Assembly (NCBI GenBank): GCA_029573495.1
Contig: JAKQEI010000087.1
Span: forward strand, 59,586 to 123,585
DNA length: 64,000 bases
Source: Bacteroidota bacterium
Lineage (GTDB): Bacteria > Bacteroidota > Bacteroidia > Flavobacteriales_F > PHOS-HE28
Reading direction: 5' to 3'
The translations under genes and the position numbers were made by a program. Positions 18,327 through 30,466 of the stretch are shown here, piece by piece. Under the pieces are notes generated by a model. It saw only the letters and a list, made by a program, of their open reading frames with translations, had not been told where the DNA came from and did no database searches. The number at the start of each line of letters is the position of its first letter. Position 1 is the stretch's first letter.

Positions 18327-19757
18327 TCAGTGGATGCTGAGCTTCTTCTCGAGGTCCTCGAGGTAGCCGCGGAACTGCTTGTCCGTTTCCTGCAGGTTGT
18401 TCACGGTGCGGCAGGCGTGCAGCACGGTCGCGTGGTCCTTGCCGCCGCAGTGCGCACCGATGTTGGCGAGCGAGCTCTTCGTCATCTTCTTCGCGAAGTA
18501 CATCGCGATCTGGCGGGCCTGCACTACTTCGCGCTTGCGCGTCTTGCTCTTCAGCAGTTCGATCGGCAGGTCGAAGTAATCGCAGACCACCTTCTGGATG
18601 TAGTCGATGCTCACCTCGCGCGCCGTGTTCTTCACGAACTTGTCGATCATCTGCTTGGCGAGATCGAGCGTCACGGCCTTCTTGTTCAACGAGCTCTGCG
18701 CGATCAGGCTGATCATGGCGCCTTCGAGCTCGCGGATGTTCGTGGTGATGCTGTAAGCGAGGTATTCCACCACCTCCTTGGGCAGGTCGATGCCTTCGGC
18801 GTACATCTTCTTCTCCAGGATGGCGATGCGTGTCTCCAGGCCCGGTGTCTGCAGATCGGCGCTGAGGCCCCACTTGAAGCGGGAGAGGAGACGTTGCTCC
18901 ATGCCGGCCATTTCCACCGGCGCCTTATCGCTCGTGATCACGAGCTGCTTGCCGGCCTGGTGCAGGGCGTTGAAGACGTGGAAGAACACGTCCTGGGTCT
19001 TCTCCTTGCCGGCGAGGAACTGCACATCATCGATGATGAGCACGTCCATCATCTGGTAGAACTGGGTGAAGTCGCCCACGGTGTTGTTCTTCACCGCTTC
19101 GATGAACTGCTGGGTGAACTTCTCCGCCGGAACATAGAGGATGGTCTTGTCCGGGTGGTTCTTCTTGATCTCGATGCCGATGGCGTGCGCGAGGTGGGTC
19201 TTGCCGAGCCCGACGCCACCATAGATCAGCAACGGATTGAAGGCGGTGCCGCCGGGCTTCTGCGCCACGGCATAACCGGCACTGCGGCCCAATCGGTTGC
19301 AATCTCCCTCGATGAAGGTGTCGAAGGAATAGTTGCCGTTGAGGTGGCTCTCGACCTTGATCTTGCGCAGGCCGGGGATGATGAAGGGGTTCTTGATGGG
19401 GCTGTTGGCCATATCGATCGGGAGCGACACGGCGGGGTTCTTCACCTCGCGAGCGTGGCTCGTCGGCATCTTCACGGTATACGGGTTGGCGTTCTGGAAG
19501 CCGTTCTCCATGATGATGGAGTACTCCAGACGCCCTTCACTACCCAATTCTTTCTTGATGATCTTCTTGAGGAGACCGATGTAATGCTCCTCCAGCCATT
19601 CGTAGAAGAACTGCGACGGCACCTGGATGGTCAGCACACTGTCTTGCAGACGCAAGGCCTTGATCGGTTCGAACCAGGTCTTGAAGCTCTGCTCGCTCAC
19701 ATTGTCCTTGATCACTTCCAGGCACCGGTCCCAGATCTTCTCGTGGTCCTTCTTCAT
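18327..19757 (-). CDS. dnaA: Chromosomal replication initiator protein DnaA
   Basis: Walker A GGVGLGKTHL, Walker B LIIDDVQFL, DnaA signature, C-terminal DNA-binding domain (REVVQARQIAMYFAKKMT). Confidence 0.95.
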   Translation of the reverse strand: MKKDHEKIWDRCLEVIKDNVSEQSFKTWFEPIKALRLQDSVLTIQVPSQFFYEWLEEHYIGLLKKIIKKELGSEGRLEYSIIMENGFQNANPYTVKMPTSHAREVKNPAVSLPIDMANSPIKNPFIIPGLRKIKVESHLNGNYSFDTFIEGDCNRLGRSAGYAVAQKPGGTAFNPLLIYGGVGLGKTHLAHAIGIEIKKNHPDKTILYVPAEKFTQQFIEAVKNNTVGDFTQFYQMMDVLIIDDVQFLAGKEKTQDVFFHVFNALHQAGKQLVITSDKAPVEMAGMEQRLLSRFKWGLSADLQTPGLETRIAILEKKMYAEGIDLPKEVVEYLAYSITTNIRELEGAMISLIAQSSLNKKAVTLDLAKQMIDKFVKNTAREVSIDYIQKVVCDYFDLPIELLKSKTRKREVVQARQIAMYFAKKMTKSSLANIGAHCGGKDHATVLHACRTVNNLQETDKQFRGYLEDLEKKLSIH

Positions 19758-20097
19758 GGATGGGTCCGTGAGTTAATGGGTGGTACCGTTGATCGCTTGG
19801 TCGAACGGCTTCGCGCGTAGTGCATCCGGTCCGTTCGATAAGGGGGCAAATATGGACCACAGAAAGTGAAAAACAAAAGTGCCGGACACTTGCAGGAAAG
19901 GAAAATTTCACTTCCGCTTCGCTTGATCGACCGATCACCGGGACACCTTGTCCCACGCGGGTTTGCGGGGATCATATCGAAGCCGTAAGCTTCCGCCGGA
20001 GCGGGCCAACGAAGACCCGCAGGGAGCGACTGTGAAGGAAGGTTGCACATGGGCCGGAACGCGCTGCGAACGCATCGAAAGTTAAGGCATGTGAACG

Positions 20098-20568
20098 ATG
20101 CCACACAAGGTGGAGGAGGATGGACGGAACGAGGTCTTCCGACCTAACTTCCCGGCCATGTTCCAACACGATGCCGAACTGCGCGTACGCTATGGCGAGA
20201 CGGACCAGATGGGCTACGTGTATTACGGCGACTATGCGGAGTACTTCGAGGTGGGACGGGTGGAGGCGCTGCGCAGGCTGGGCTTCGCATATAGACGGCT
20301 GGAGGAACAGGGTGTGATGCTCCCCGTCCGCGACCTGCGCATCACCTACCACAAACCGGCGCGCTATGACGATCTTCTCACCGTCCGCACCCGCATCACC
20401 GCGCTGCCCGACGTGCGGATCGTCTTCGACTACGAGGTGATCAATGCGGATGGCGTCCTGCTCTGCGAGGCCATGACAACGCTCATCTTCGTGGACAGCG
20501 CAACGATGCGGCCAAGGCGCGCACCGGAGGAGTTGCTCGCGACCCTGCGACCGTTCTTCGATCGCTAG
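20098..20568 (+). CDS. Acyl-CoA thioesterase, YbgC/4HBT hotdog family
   Basis: YbgC-like pattern (VRYGETDQMGYVYYGDYAEYFEVGR). Start could alternatively be the in-frame Met that begins MFQHDAELRVRYGETDQ (about 60 nt downstream); not verified. Confidence 0.8.
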   Translation: MPHKVEEDGRNEVFRPNFPAMFQHDAELRVRYGETDQMGYVYYGDYAEYFEVGRVEALRRLGFAYRRLEEQGVMLPVRDLRITYHKPARYDDLLTVRTRITALPDVRIVFDYEVINADGVLLCEAMTTLIFVDSATMRPRRAPEELLATLRPFFDR

Positions 20569-21164
20569 ACCGGATCAACACGCACGCCGAGCAGTTCCCA
20601 CTTCGGCCGAAGTTGCGCCCCACGCCCGAGCGGGAGCTCGATCGTTGCGGTACAGTCCGACGTGAAGGCCTGGTCCACGATGTGCCCGCCACTGGCGAGC
20701 ACCTCCGCCTTCACGCCATCGAATCGTTCGTACCCGCACCGGATGGACCAACGCTCCATCACCACGCGTTCCACGATCTCCGCGGCATCCAGTGCGAGCC
20801 TCGCGGCTTCACCATAAGCATGGATCAGGCCGGGCTTGCCCAGCAGGGTGCCTCCGAAGTAGCGCACCACGGCCACCCCGCAATAGGTGAGATCGAACGA
20901 ACGGATGCGACGCAGGATCGGAAGACCGGCGGTGCCGCTGGGTTCGCCATCATCATTCGCGCGGTGGTGATCCCCCTCATTGCCGAGGACCCAGGCGTAG
21001 CACACATGACGCGAGGAAGGATGCTCGTTGCCGAAAGCTCCTGCGAGGCGCTTGAACTCAGCCTCATCCGCGATGGGGAAGGCCCGCGCGATGAACTTGC
21101 TGGCCAGTTCCCGGTACACCCCTTCAACGGGGGCGCCGATGGTGCGGTAGCGATCGCGGCTCAT
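20565..21164 (-). CDS. yigZ: YigZ/IMPACT family protein
   Basis: UPF0029 signature region (GGTLLGKPGL...). 4-bp overlaps with neighbours. Confidence 0.8.
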   Translation of the reverse strand: MSRDRYRTIGAPVEGVYRELASKFIARAFPIADEAEFKRLAGAFGNEHPSSRHVCYAWVLGNEGDHHRANDDGEPSGTAGLPILRRIRSFDLTYCGVAVVRYFGGTLLGKPGLIHAYGEAARLALDAAEIVERVVMERWSIRCGYERFDGVKAEVLASGGHIVDQAFTSDCTATIELPLGRGAQLRPKWELLGVRVDPV

Positions 21165-22018
21165 GGCGCCGTACTAAGGAAGAGCAGCATGGCGCCGATG
21201 CAACCTCCGATGCCGCACCATTGCAGCAGGGTGAGCCTTTCGCGGAACAGGCTGAGACCGGCGATCGTGGCGAAGAGGATCGCGAGGATGTTCATCAGGG
21301 GGAATACCAACGAGGCTTGAAGGCCACCGGAGCCGAGCGCGCGCATCAGGAACAGGAGGGAGGCGTAGTTCACCGCGCCCAAGGCGATGCCACCGATCCA
21401 TGTGCGCTTGTTCTGAAGCGCTTTCATTCCAGTGCTGGCGATCAACAGGAATACACTGACCAGGGTGGATGCGGCGAAGCACAGGGTGGGGAAGCCGTCC
21501 GCGGTGACCGGGGTGGTCAGCTTCCGTTGCACAAATGTCACGCTGATGTCGGCCGCACCGCTGCACACGAACAGGAGCAATGGCAGGAACCAGACCGCGC
21601 GTCCGGCGCGTTGTTCCGAGGGGCCCACGGCGGTGAGCACAAGACCCACCAGCGCGATGAGGATGCCGACCACCGTCAGTGGATCGAGCCGTTCGTCAAA
21701 GAGGATGACGGCACCGCTGATCGTGAGGATGAGGCTCATGCGCCCCGCGATGGTGGTGCGTGCGGCACCTGCCTGCTGAGCGGAAAGACCGGTGACCGAG
21801 AAGATCGCCACGAACAAGGCGCCGAGCCCGGCCGCGGCGAGGAGCACTGGTCGGGAGGTGTCGGTCCAGTCCGGAGGTGCCACGAGCAAGCCACAAACAA
21901 AGGCCGTCGCATAGTTGATGGTGATCGCCGGAAGCAAGGGGACCTCGAACCGTTCGAACAGTCGGAACAGGATGGCGAAGCCAGCCACGCACAAAGCCGC
22001 GAGCACTACCAGTCCCAT
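21161..22018 (-). CDS. EamA/DMT-family transporter
   Basis: 10-TM hydrophobic profile typical of duplicated EamA domains. Confidence 0.75.
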   Translation of the reverse strand: MGLVVLAALCVAGFAILFRLFERFEVPLLPAITINYATAFVCGLLVAPPDWTDTSRPVLLAAAGLGALFVAIFSVTGLSAQQAGAARTTIAGRMSLILTISGAVILFDERLDPLTVVGILIALVGLVLTAVGPSEQRAGRAVWFLPLLLFVCSGAADISVTFVQRKLTTPVTADGFPTLCFAASTLVSVFLLIASTGMKALQNKRTWIGGIALGAVNYASLLFLMRALGSGGLQASLVFPLMNILAILFATIAGLSLFRERLTLLQWCGIGGCIGAMLLFLSTAP

Positions 22019-23079
22019 GTTACATGACCTGCTTCCCTGCGATGCAACACGATCCGATCACCGCCGACCATCCGTTCGATCCGGACCGCACTATCGATAC
22101 GGGGTGCGGGTGTGCCGTTGCCGAAGAAGACCTGACCATGGATCACCCGTGCTTCATCCCAAAGGCCGCGTTGGACGAAGTGCTCGATCAACTCCGCACC
22201 TCCTTCCACCAGCACGGAGCGCATGTTCCGGTCGTGCAGGTGCGCGAGGATCCCATCCAGGGGATCATCGGTCGGTGACGTCATGATCTGTTCGACCGGC
22301 AGCTCAGGTCGGGCGGTTCCTGTGAAGAGTACGGTGTTCCCTGCATCGGTGAAGACCTTGCTCTGCGAAGGTGCACGGCCGCCACGATCCAGTACGACAC
22401 GGAGAGGAGCGCGGCCCTCGATATGTCGCACGTTGAGCGATGGATCATCGTTCATCACGGTCCTGCTCCCGACAAGGATCGCGGCTTCCTCGGAACGCCA
22501 GCGATGCACGATGACGTCCGTCGCGGGTGTGCTGATGCGCTGAACTCCGCGCCCGGCGCGTGGATGGCGATCCAGGAAGCCATCGGCAGAGGCCGCCCAC
22601 TTCAGGATGATGTACGGCCTGTTCCTTTCCACTGAGCTGATGAACCGTCGTTGCAGCCAGCGGCATTCATCCAGCAGCACGTCCTCCGCGACCTCGACCC
22701 CGGCGTTCCGCAACCGCTCGATCCCACGCCCGGCCACCTGCGGGAATGGGTCGCGCATGCCGACCACAACGTGTTTCACTCCGCGTGCGACGAGCAGGTC
22801 CGCGCAGGGTGGTGTGCGGCCATGGTGCGCGCACGGCTCCAGGTTCACGTACATGGTCGCATCCACGGGCACCGGTCCATCACCGAATGCCTGCAGGCAG
22901 CGTACTTCGGCATGTGGTCCTCCGGCGCGTTCATGCCAGCCTTCGGCCAACAACCGCTCCCCTTGCACCAGGAGCGCGCCCACCAAGGGGTTCGGAGCGG
23001 TACCGCCAGCCCCAAGACGAGCGATCTCGAGGCATCGTCGCATCCAGCGCTCATTGGTCGGTGTTGGGGCAGTGGCCAT
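22006..23079 (-). CDS. ribD: Bifunctional riboflavin biosynthesis protein RibD (deaminase/reductase)
   Basis: CMP/dCMP deaminase zinc motif HAEV...PCAHHGRTPPC. C-terminal RibD reductase domain. Confidence 0.9.
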   Translation of the reverse strand: MATAPTPTNERWMRRCLEIARLGAGGTAPNPLVGALLVQGERLLAEGWHERAGGPHAEVRCLQAFGDGPVPVDATMYVNLEPCAHHGRTPPCADLLVARGVKHVVVGMRDPFPQVAGRGIERLRNAGVEVAEDVLLDECRWLQRRFISSVERNRPYIILKWAASADGFLDRHPRAGRGVQRISTPATDVIVHRWRSEEAAILVGSRTVMNDDPSLNVRHIEGRAPLRVVLDRGGRAPSQSKVFTDAGNTVLFTGTARPELPVEQIMTSPTDDPLDGILAHLHDRNMRSVLVEGGAELIEHFVQRGLWDEARVIHGQVFFGNGTPAPRIDSAVRIERMVGGDRIVLHRREAGHVTWDW

Positions 23080-23144
23080 CAGAAGGGGCGCAAAGGTGCA
23101 TCATCCGGGCAGGTCTGCCGGGCTACTTTTGCCATCCTGCCCGC

Positions 23145-23998
23145 ATGCGAATCGCCAACAACACGGTCGGATCCCTCTACGAGCTCTATCACACCGAGCT
23201 TTCGCCGCTCTTCGGAGCTTCAGAGGCGCGGGCCATGGCGCGGGCGGTCTTCCAGGGGGCTTTTGGCTGGGATATGATCGAGTTGGATGCGCGCCGGTCC
23301 GCTGCGTTGAGCGAGTCGGAAGTGCTGAAGGTGTACACGCCGCTCGCGCGCCTGCGCACGGGCGAGCCGCTGCAATACATCCTGGGTCGCACCTGGTTCA
23401 TGGGGATGGAACTCGCTGTGGCCCCGGGCGTGCTCATCCCCCGTCCAGAGACCGAGGAGATGGTGGACCTCATCCTGCGGACAGGTCGGTCCTTCGGACG
23501 CATCGTCGATATCGGTACCGGCAGTGGATGCATCGCCCTGGCCTTGAAGAAGCATCTGCCTGCATCCACGGTCATCGGTCTGGACGTGTCCACAGAAGCT
23601 CTGACCATCGCGCGGGGCAATGGTGAACGGCTTGGCATGGACGTTGAGTGGATGGAGCAGGATGTACTGCGGCCGGCTTCCAAGTTGCCTTCCGACCTGG
23701 ATCTGGTGGTGAGCAATCCGCCATACATCCCGGCCATGGAAAAGGGAACACTCGAGCGACATGTGCGGGAACACGAGCCGCACCTGGCCTTGTTCGTTGC
23801 GGACGATGATCCGCTGTTGTTCTATCGGGTGATCGCGCAGCAAGCCATGGGATCATTGGTTGCCGGTGGGGAGATCCGGTTCGAGGCGCATCATCGCCAT
23901 GCCGGCGAGGTGGGTCAGCTGCTCCGCGCATTGGGCTATCATCATGTCAACGTTCTCCGCGACCTGAGCGGCTCCGAACGGTTCATACACGCCACCCG

Positions 23999-24002
<4 letters not shown>
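23145..24002 (+). CDS. prmC: Release factor glutamine N5-methyltransferase PrmC (HemK)
   Basis: NPPY motif (VVSNPPYIP), SAM motif I (VDIGTGSGCIAL). In-frame ATG MRIANN at 23145; the 133-aa upstream part of the track ORF lies opposite ribD and is rejected as antisense artefact. Confidence 0.85.
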
Positions 24003-27214
<3,212 letters not shown>

Positions 27215-27232
27215 CGCGATAGCGCCCATCAC

Positions 27233-28126
27233 ATGCACGAACGTTTCCGCGGCCTAGGGGTCGCCATGGTCACACCCTTCCGAGCCAACGGTGGCATCGA
27301 TTACGCCGGGCTGGAGAAGCTCATCGAACACCAGATCACGGGTGGCGTGGACTACGTCGTGAGCATGGGCACCACGGGCGAGAGCGTGACCCTCAGCAGG
27401 GACGAGAAGAAGCAATTGCTCGCCACCACCATCGAACTCGTGCGTAACCGGGTGCCGGTGGTACTTGGCGTCGGCGGCAACAGCACTGCAGCTGTGATCG
27501 ACGATCTGAACAGCTTCGAAATGGACGGGGTGGACGGCATCCTCAGTGTGAGCCCGTATTACAACAAGCCGACACAGGAAGGTATCTACCAGCATTTCAA
27601 GGCCATTGCGCAGGTGAGCCTCCGGCCGATCATCCTGTACAATGTGCCGGGGCGCACCGGAAGCAACATGAGCGCCGAGACCACCGTGCGCCTGGCGCGG
27701 GACCTCAAGAACGTGGTGGCCATCAAGGAGGCCAGTGGCAACCTCGACCAGATGGGCATGATCCTGAAGCACAAGCCGAAGGACTTCTTGCTGATCAGTG
27801 GCGATGACACCTTGACGCTGCCCGCCATCGCGATCGGTGGCGTGGGCGTGATCAGTGTGGTGGGTAACGCACTGCCTGAGGAGACGAGCCGCCTGGTCCA
27901 TGCGGCGTTGAAGGGCGACCTGGCCACCGCAGGCAGGGAGCATCTCCGCCTGCTGGAGATCATCAACCTGCTATTCGCGGAAGGCAATCCGGGCGGCATC
28001 AAGTACGTGCTCAAGGCCCTCGGCATCTGCGAAGACCACATGCGGCTGCCGCTGGTGAACGTCAGTGAAGCACTTGAGAAGAAGTTGTACCACGCCCTGG
28101 CCGATGCCGAAGTGGTGAAGCTTTGA
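27233..28126 (+). CDS. dapA: 4-hydroxy-tetrahydrodipicolinate synthase
   Basis: DapA pattern (GVAMVTPF, GTTGES, YNVPGRTG, active-site Lys region AIKEASGN). Confidence 0.9.
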   Translation: MHERFRGLGVAMVTPFRANGGIDYAGLEKLIEHQITGGVDYVVSMGTTGESVTLSRDEKKQLLATTIELVRNRVPVVLGVGGNSTAAVIDDLNSFEMDGVDGILSVSPYYNKPTQEGIYQHFKAIAQVSLRPIILYNVPGRTGSNMSAETTVRLARDLKNVVAIKEASGNLDQMGMILKHKPKDFLLISGDDTLTLPAIAIGGVGVISVVGNALPEETSRLVHAALKGDLATAGREHLRLLEIINLLFAEGNPGGIKYVLKALGICEDHMRLPLVNVSEALEKKLYHALADAEVVKL

Positions 28127-28133
28127 CCATCCC

Positions 28134-28742
28134 ATGGACTTCCTCGCCCTCGACTTCGAAACAGCCACCTCTCGGTCGGACAGCCCGTGTGAACTGGGGA
28201 TCGCCGTGGTGCGCGGGGGCGTGGTGCGCGAGGTGCGCAACTGGCTGATCAAGCCGCGCGGATGGCCGCACTTCAGCCCGTGGAACATCGCCGTGCATGG
28301 GATCCGGCCGGAGGATGTGGCCGATGCACCACGTTGGGAGGGCATCTGGGAGGAGGTCGCTGAAGTGCTGCATCACCAGACCGTGGTGGCCCATAACGCA
28401 GCCTTCGATATGACCGTGTTACGTAGCACCCTCGCGAGCCATGGCCTGCCACACCCCACGTTCCAGTACTTCTGTAGCGTCAGCTTATGCAGGAAGGTCT
28501 GGCCGGGCCATCCGTCGTATGGCTTGAAGCCCATGTGCGATCTGCACGGCATCCGTTTCAAGCACCACCGGGCCGGGAACGATGCGGAGGCTACGGCAGA
28601 GCTCGTCCTGCGCGCAGTGGAGCAGCGCCCTTCGCTGGACATGCCGCAGTTCCTGTTGGATGCCCGTGTTAAGCTCGGCGCCTTCTACCCGGGAGGCCAT
28701 CGCACGCCGGGCGGCAAGCTTACGGCCGCCACGATCTATTAG
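28134..28742 (+). CDS. DnaQ-like 3'-5' exonuclease (DEDDh) domain protein
   Basis: Exo I motif FLALDFETAT, Exo II VVAHNAAFDMTVL, Exo III HRAGNDAEAT. Confidence 0.8.
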   Translation: MDFLALDFETATSRSDSPCELGIAVVRGGVVREVRNWLIKPRGWPHFSPWNIAVHGIRPEDVADAPRWEGIWEEVAEVLHHQTVVAHNAAFDMTVLRSTLASHGLPHPTFQYFCSVSLCRKVWPGHPSYGLKPMCDLHGIRFKHHRAGNDAEATAELVLRAVEQRPSLDMPQFLLDARVKLGAFYPGGHRTPGGKLTAATIY

Positions 28743-28901
28743 AGCGCATCTCGAAATTGCTTTTGGTCGCGAGCGAGAGGGATCTCGCGTTCAGGCGGGG
28801 CGGCGGAACCGGGCATCGTCGTGTGCTCTTTGAGGTAACGGCAACGAAGCATGGACGCGAAAGACCCTCGCGCAGCCCGAAGGGCGTTGTTGAGATGTGC
28901 T

Positions 28902-29675
28902 CTAGGGGCGCACGACGATGTGTGTGAACGGCGATGCCGGCCGGCCGAAGCGGGCCAGCGTGCGGTCCATGCCTCCGGGCGCCGAGAGGATGCGGCATCG
29001 ACCTGCCGCTTGCACATCCGATAGACGGTGCATGTGGTAATGTCCGGCCATTTCCGGGAAGCCCAATTCCGCGTAATAGTTCGTACTGCGGGTCCGGGCA
29101 TCCTCCACCTCGGTCCGGCTCTGGTAAAGGATGGTGTCCAGGATATGCACCTCACCACGTGCACCTAACAGCTCACGGCATCGCGCGAGGGTTCCGGCGG
29201 CATCGGCGAAGTACTGGAAGCTGGCGGCGAACACGATCACATCATAGTGCTCCTTCGGTAGTTCCGAGGTGATCAGGTCGGCGCGTGCGAAGTCGGGACC
29301 GGGAAAGAGCCTGGCCGCCTGCTCCAGTTCTGCGGTAAAGGCATCGATGCCGGTGGTCATGTGTCCCTGTTGATGCAGCAGGTTGGTGAGCCAGCCATTA
29401 CCGCAACCAACATCCAGGATCTTCAAGGGACGATCCTCCTGTTCCAGAACATGGACCAGTCGACGGGCTCCCCGTGCCCGGATCCGCCATTCATCGGCGT
29501 TCCAAAGGGCGTCCCCGTTCGGCAGGGCACGCACCTCTTCATCCGTGAGCAAGCGGCGCTCCGCATCGCGCACCTGCCCGTAGAGATCCGCGAAGAGCGA
29601 AGGCCCGGCGAGGATCCGTACCCCGTTCTCGCATGGAGCCGCTTCAAGCCAGTTGCCCGTGAGGTTGGTGTTCAT
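28902..29675 (-). CDS. Class I SAM-dependent methyltransferase
   Basis: Motif I LDVGCGNGW. Acidic residue after strand 2. 4-bp overlap with upstream methyltransferase. Confidence 0.75.
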   Translation of the reverse strand: MNTNLTGNWLEAAPCENGVRILAGPSLFADLYGQVRDAERRLLTDEEVRALPNGDALWNADEWRIRARGARRLVHVLEQEDRPLKILDVGCGNGWLTNLLHQQGHMTTGIDAFTAELEQAARLFPGPDFARADLITSELPKEHYDVIVFAASFQYFADAAGTLARCRELLGARGEVHILDTILYQSRTEVEDARTRSTNYYAELGFPEMAGHYHMHRLSDVQAAGRCRILSAPGGMDRTLARFGRPASPFTHIVVRP

Positions 29676-30466
29676 GCCGACTTGCGCAAGGTGATCACGA
29701 AATGATCACCACCGTTCCGGATGAAGGGCAGGCTGGCCAGCCCATCCTCGATCCGTTCCAGGAGTTGGAAGATACGGGGCCAGCGCTCCATGAAGTCAAG
29801 TTGGTGCGGCGGTGGAACGAAGAAGGACAAGGCGCGATGGGCGATCACGCGATACCCTGGTCCGAGATGGTGGCGTGCATACGCGGGTCCGTAGTAGTGG
29901 CAGGTGAAGGCGTGACCCTCCACCACCGCCTCCGCACCACCGCGCTTCCAACGACGACGGGCCAGCTTGAGGTTGCCGCGCAGGGCCGCCATCAGTTCCC
30001 ACGGACTGAAGCGCGGCATGATCACCAGGGTGCATGTGCCGTTCGGCAGGAGCACACGGTCGATACCGCGCAGCACCTCATCAAGCCGCGCCGTGCAGTT
30101 CAAGCCACCGAAATTGCTGAATACATGCTGGAAGCGCCGGTCGCCGAGCCGGTCGAGTTCGTTGAAGGAACAGGCGATCACTTCCAGTGGGAGCTCCGGT
30201 GCTGCTGCTTGTTTCGCTCGTAGCTGGTCGATCATGCCCGGAGCCGCATCAGTGGCCAGGACCTTCATGCCTTGCGCCGCGAAGAAGCAACTGTCAATGC
30301 CTGTTCCAGCGTTCAGTTCAAGCAGCGTATCGCCGCGCTGCATGTTCTTCAGTGCCTGCCTCCTCACCCGTTCACGTACCCACGCGATCAACGGATTACC
30401 TGCATCAATGCTGTCGAACGCACCGGCCTGTGCGGAGAACGCGGTGCTCGCCTCCGTGGTCATCAT
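29672..30466 (-). CDS. Class I SAM-dependent methyltransferase
   Basis: Motif I LELNAGTGIDS. Rossmann MTase topology. 4-bp overlap with radical SAM gene. Confidence 0.75.
   Translation of the reverse strand: MMTTEASTAFSAQAGAFDSIDAGNPLIAWVRERVRRQALKNMQRGDTLLELNAGTGIDSCFFAAQGMKVLATDAAPGMIDQLRAKQAAAPELPLEVIACSFNELDRLGDRRFQHVFSNFGGLNCTARLDEVLRGIDRVLLPNGTCTLVIMPRFSPWELMAALRGNLKLARRRWKRGGAEAVVEGHAFTCHYYGPAYARHHLGPGYRVIAHRALSFFVPPPHQLDFMERWPRIFQLLERIEDGLASLPFIRNGGDHFVITLRKSA

Noticed and set aside
18262-18873. 204-aa N-terminal extension of the LMW-PTP ORF (17803..18873)
   Set aside because: R/E/D/H-rich nonsense sequence overlapping dnaA on the same strand. The real PTP begins at MKILLVCLGN with its P-loop near the N-terminus, as in all LMW-PTPs.
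18330-19820. 496-aa + strand ORF opposite dnaA
   Set aside because: Mirror ORF of dnaA; dnaA carries unmistakable Walker and DnaA signatures.
19758-20097. oriC immediately upstream of dnaA
   Set aside because: No cluster of TTATCCACA/TGTGGATAA-like boxes (best matches at least 2-3 mismatches) and only one short AT-rich patch. Kept as an open question rather than a feature.
23080-23144. FMN riboswitch upstream of ribD, or other riboswitches upstream of ribH, dapA, serC
   Set aside because: Upstream spacers are only 4-70 nt, too short for RFN, lysine or glycine riboswitch aptamers. ribH directly abuts the upstream TPR gene.
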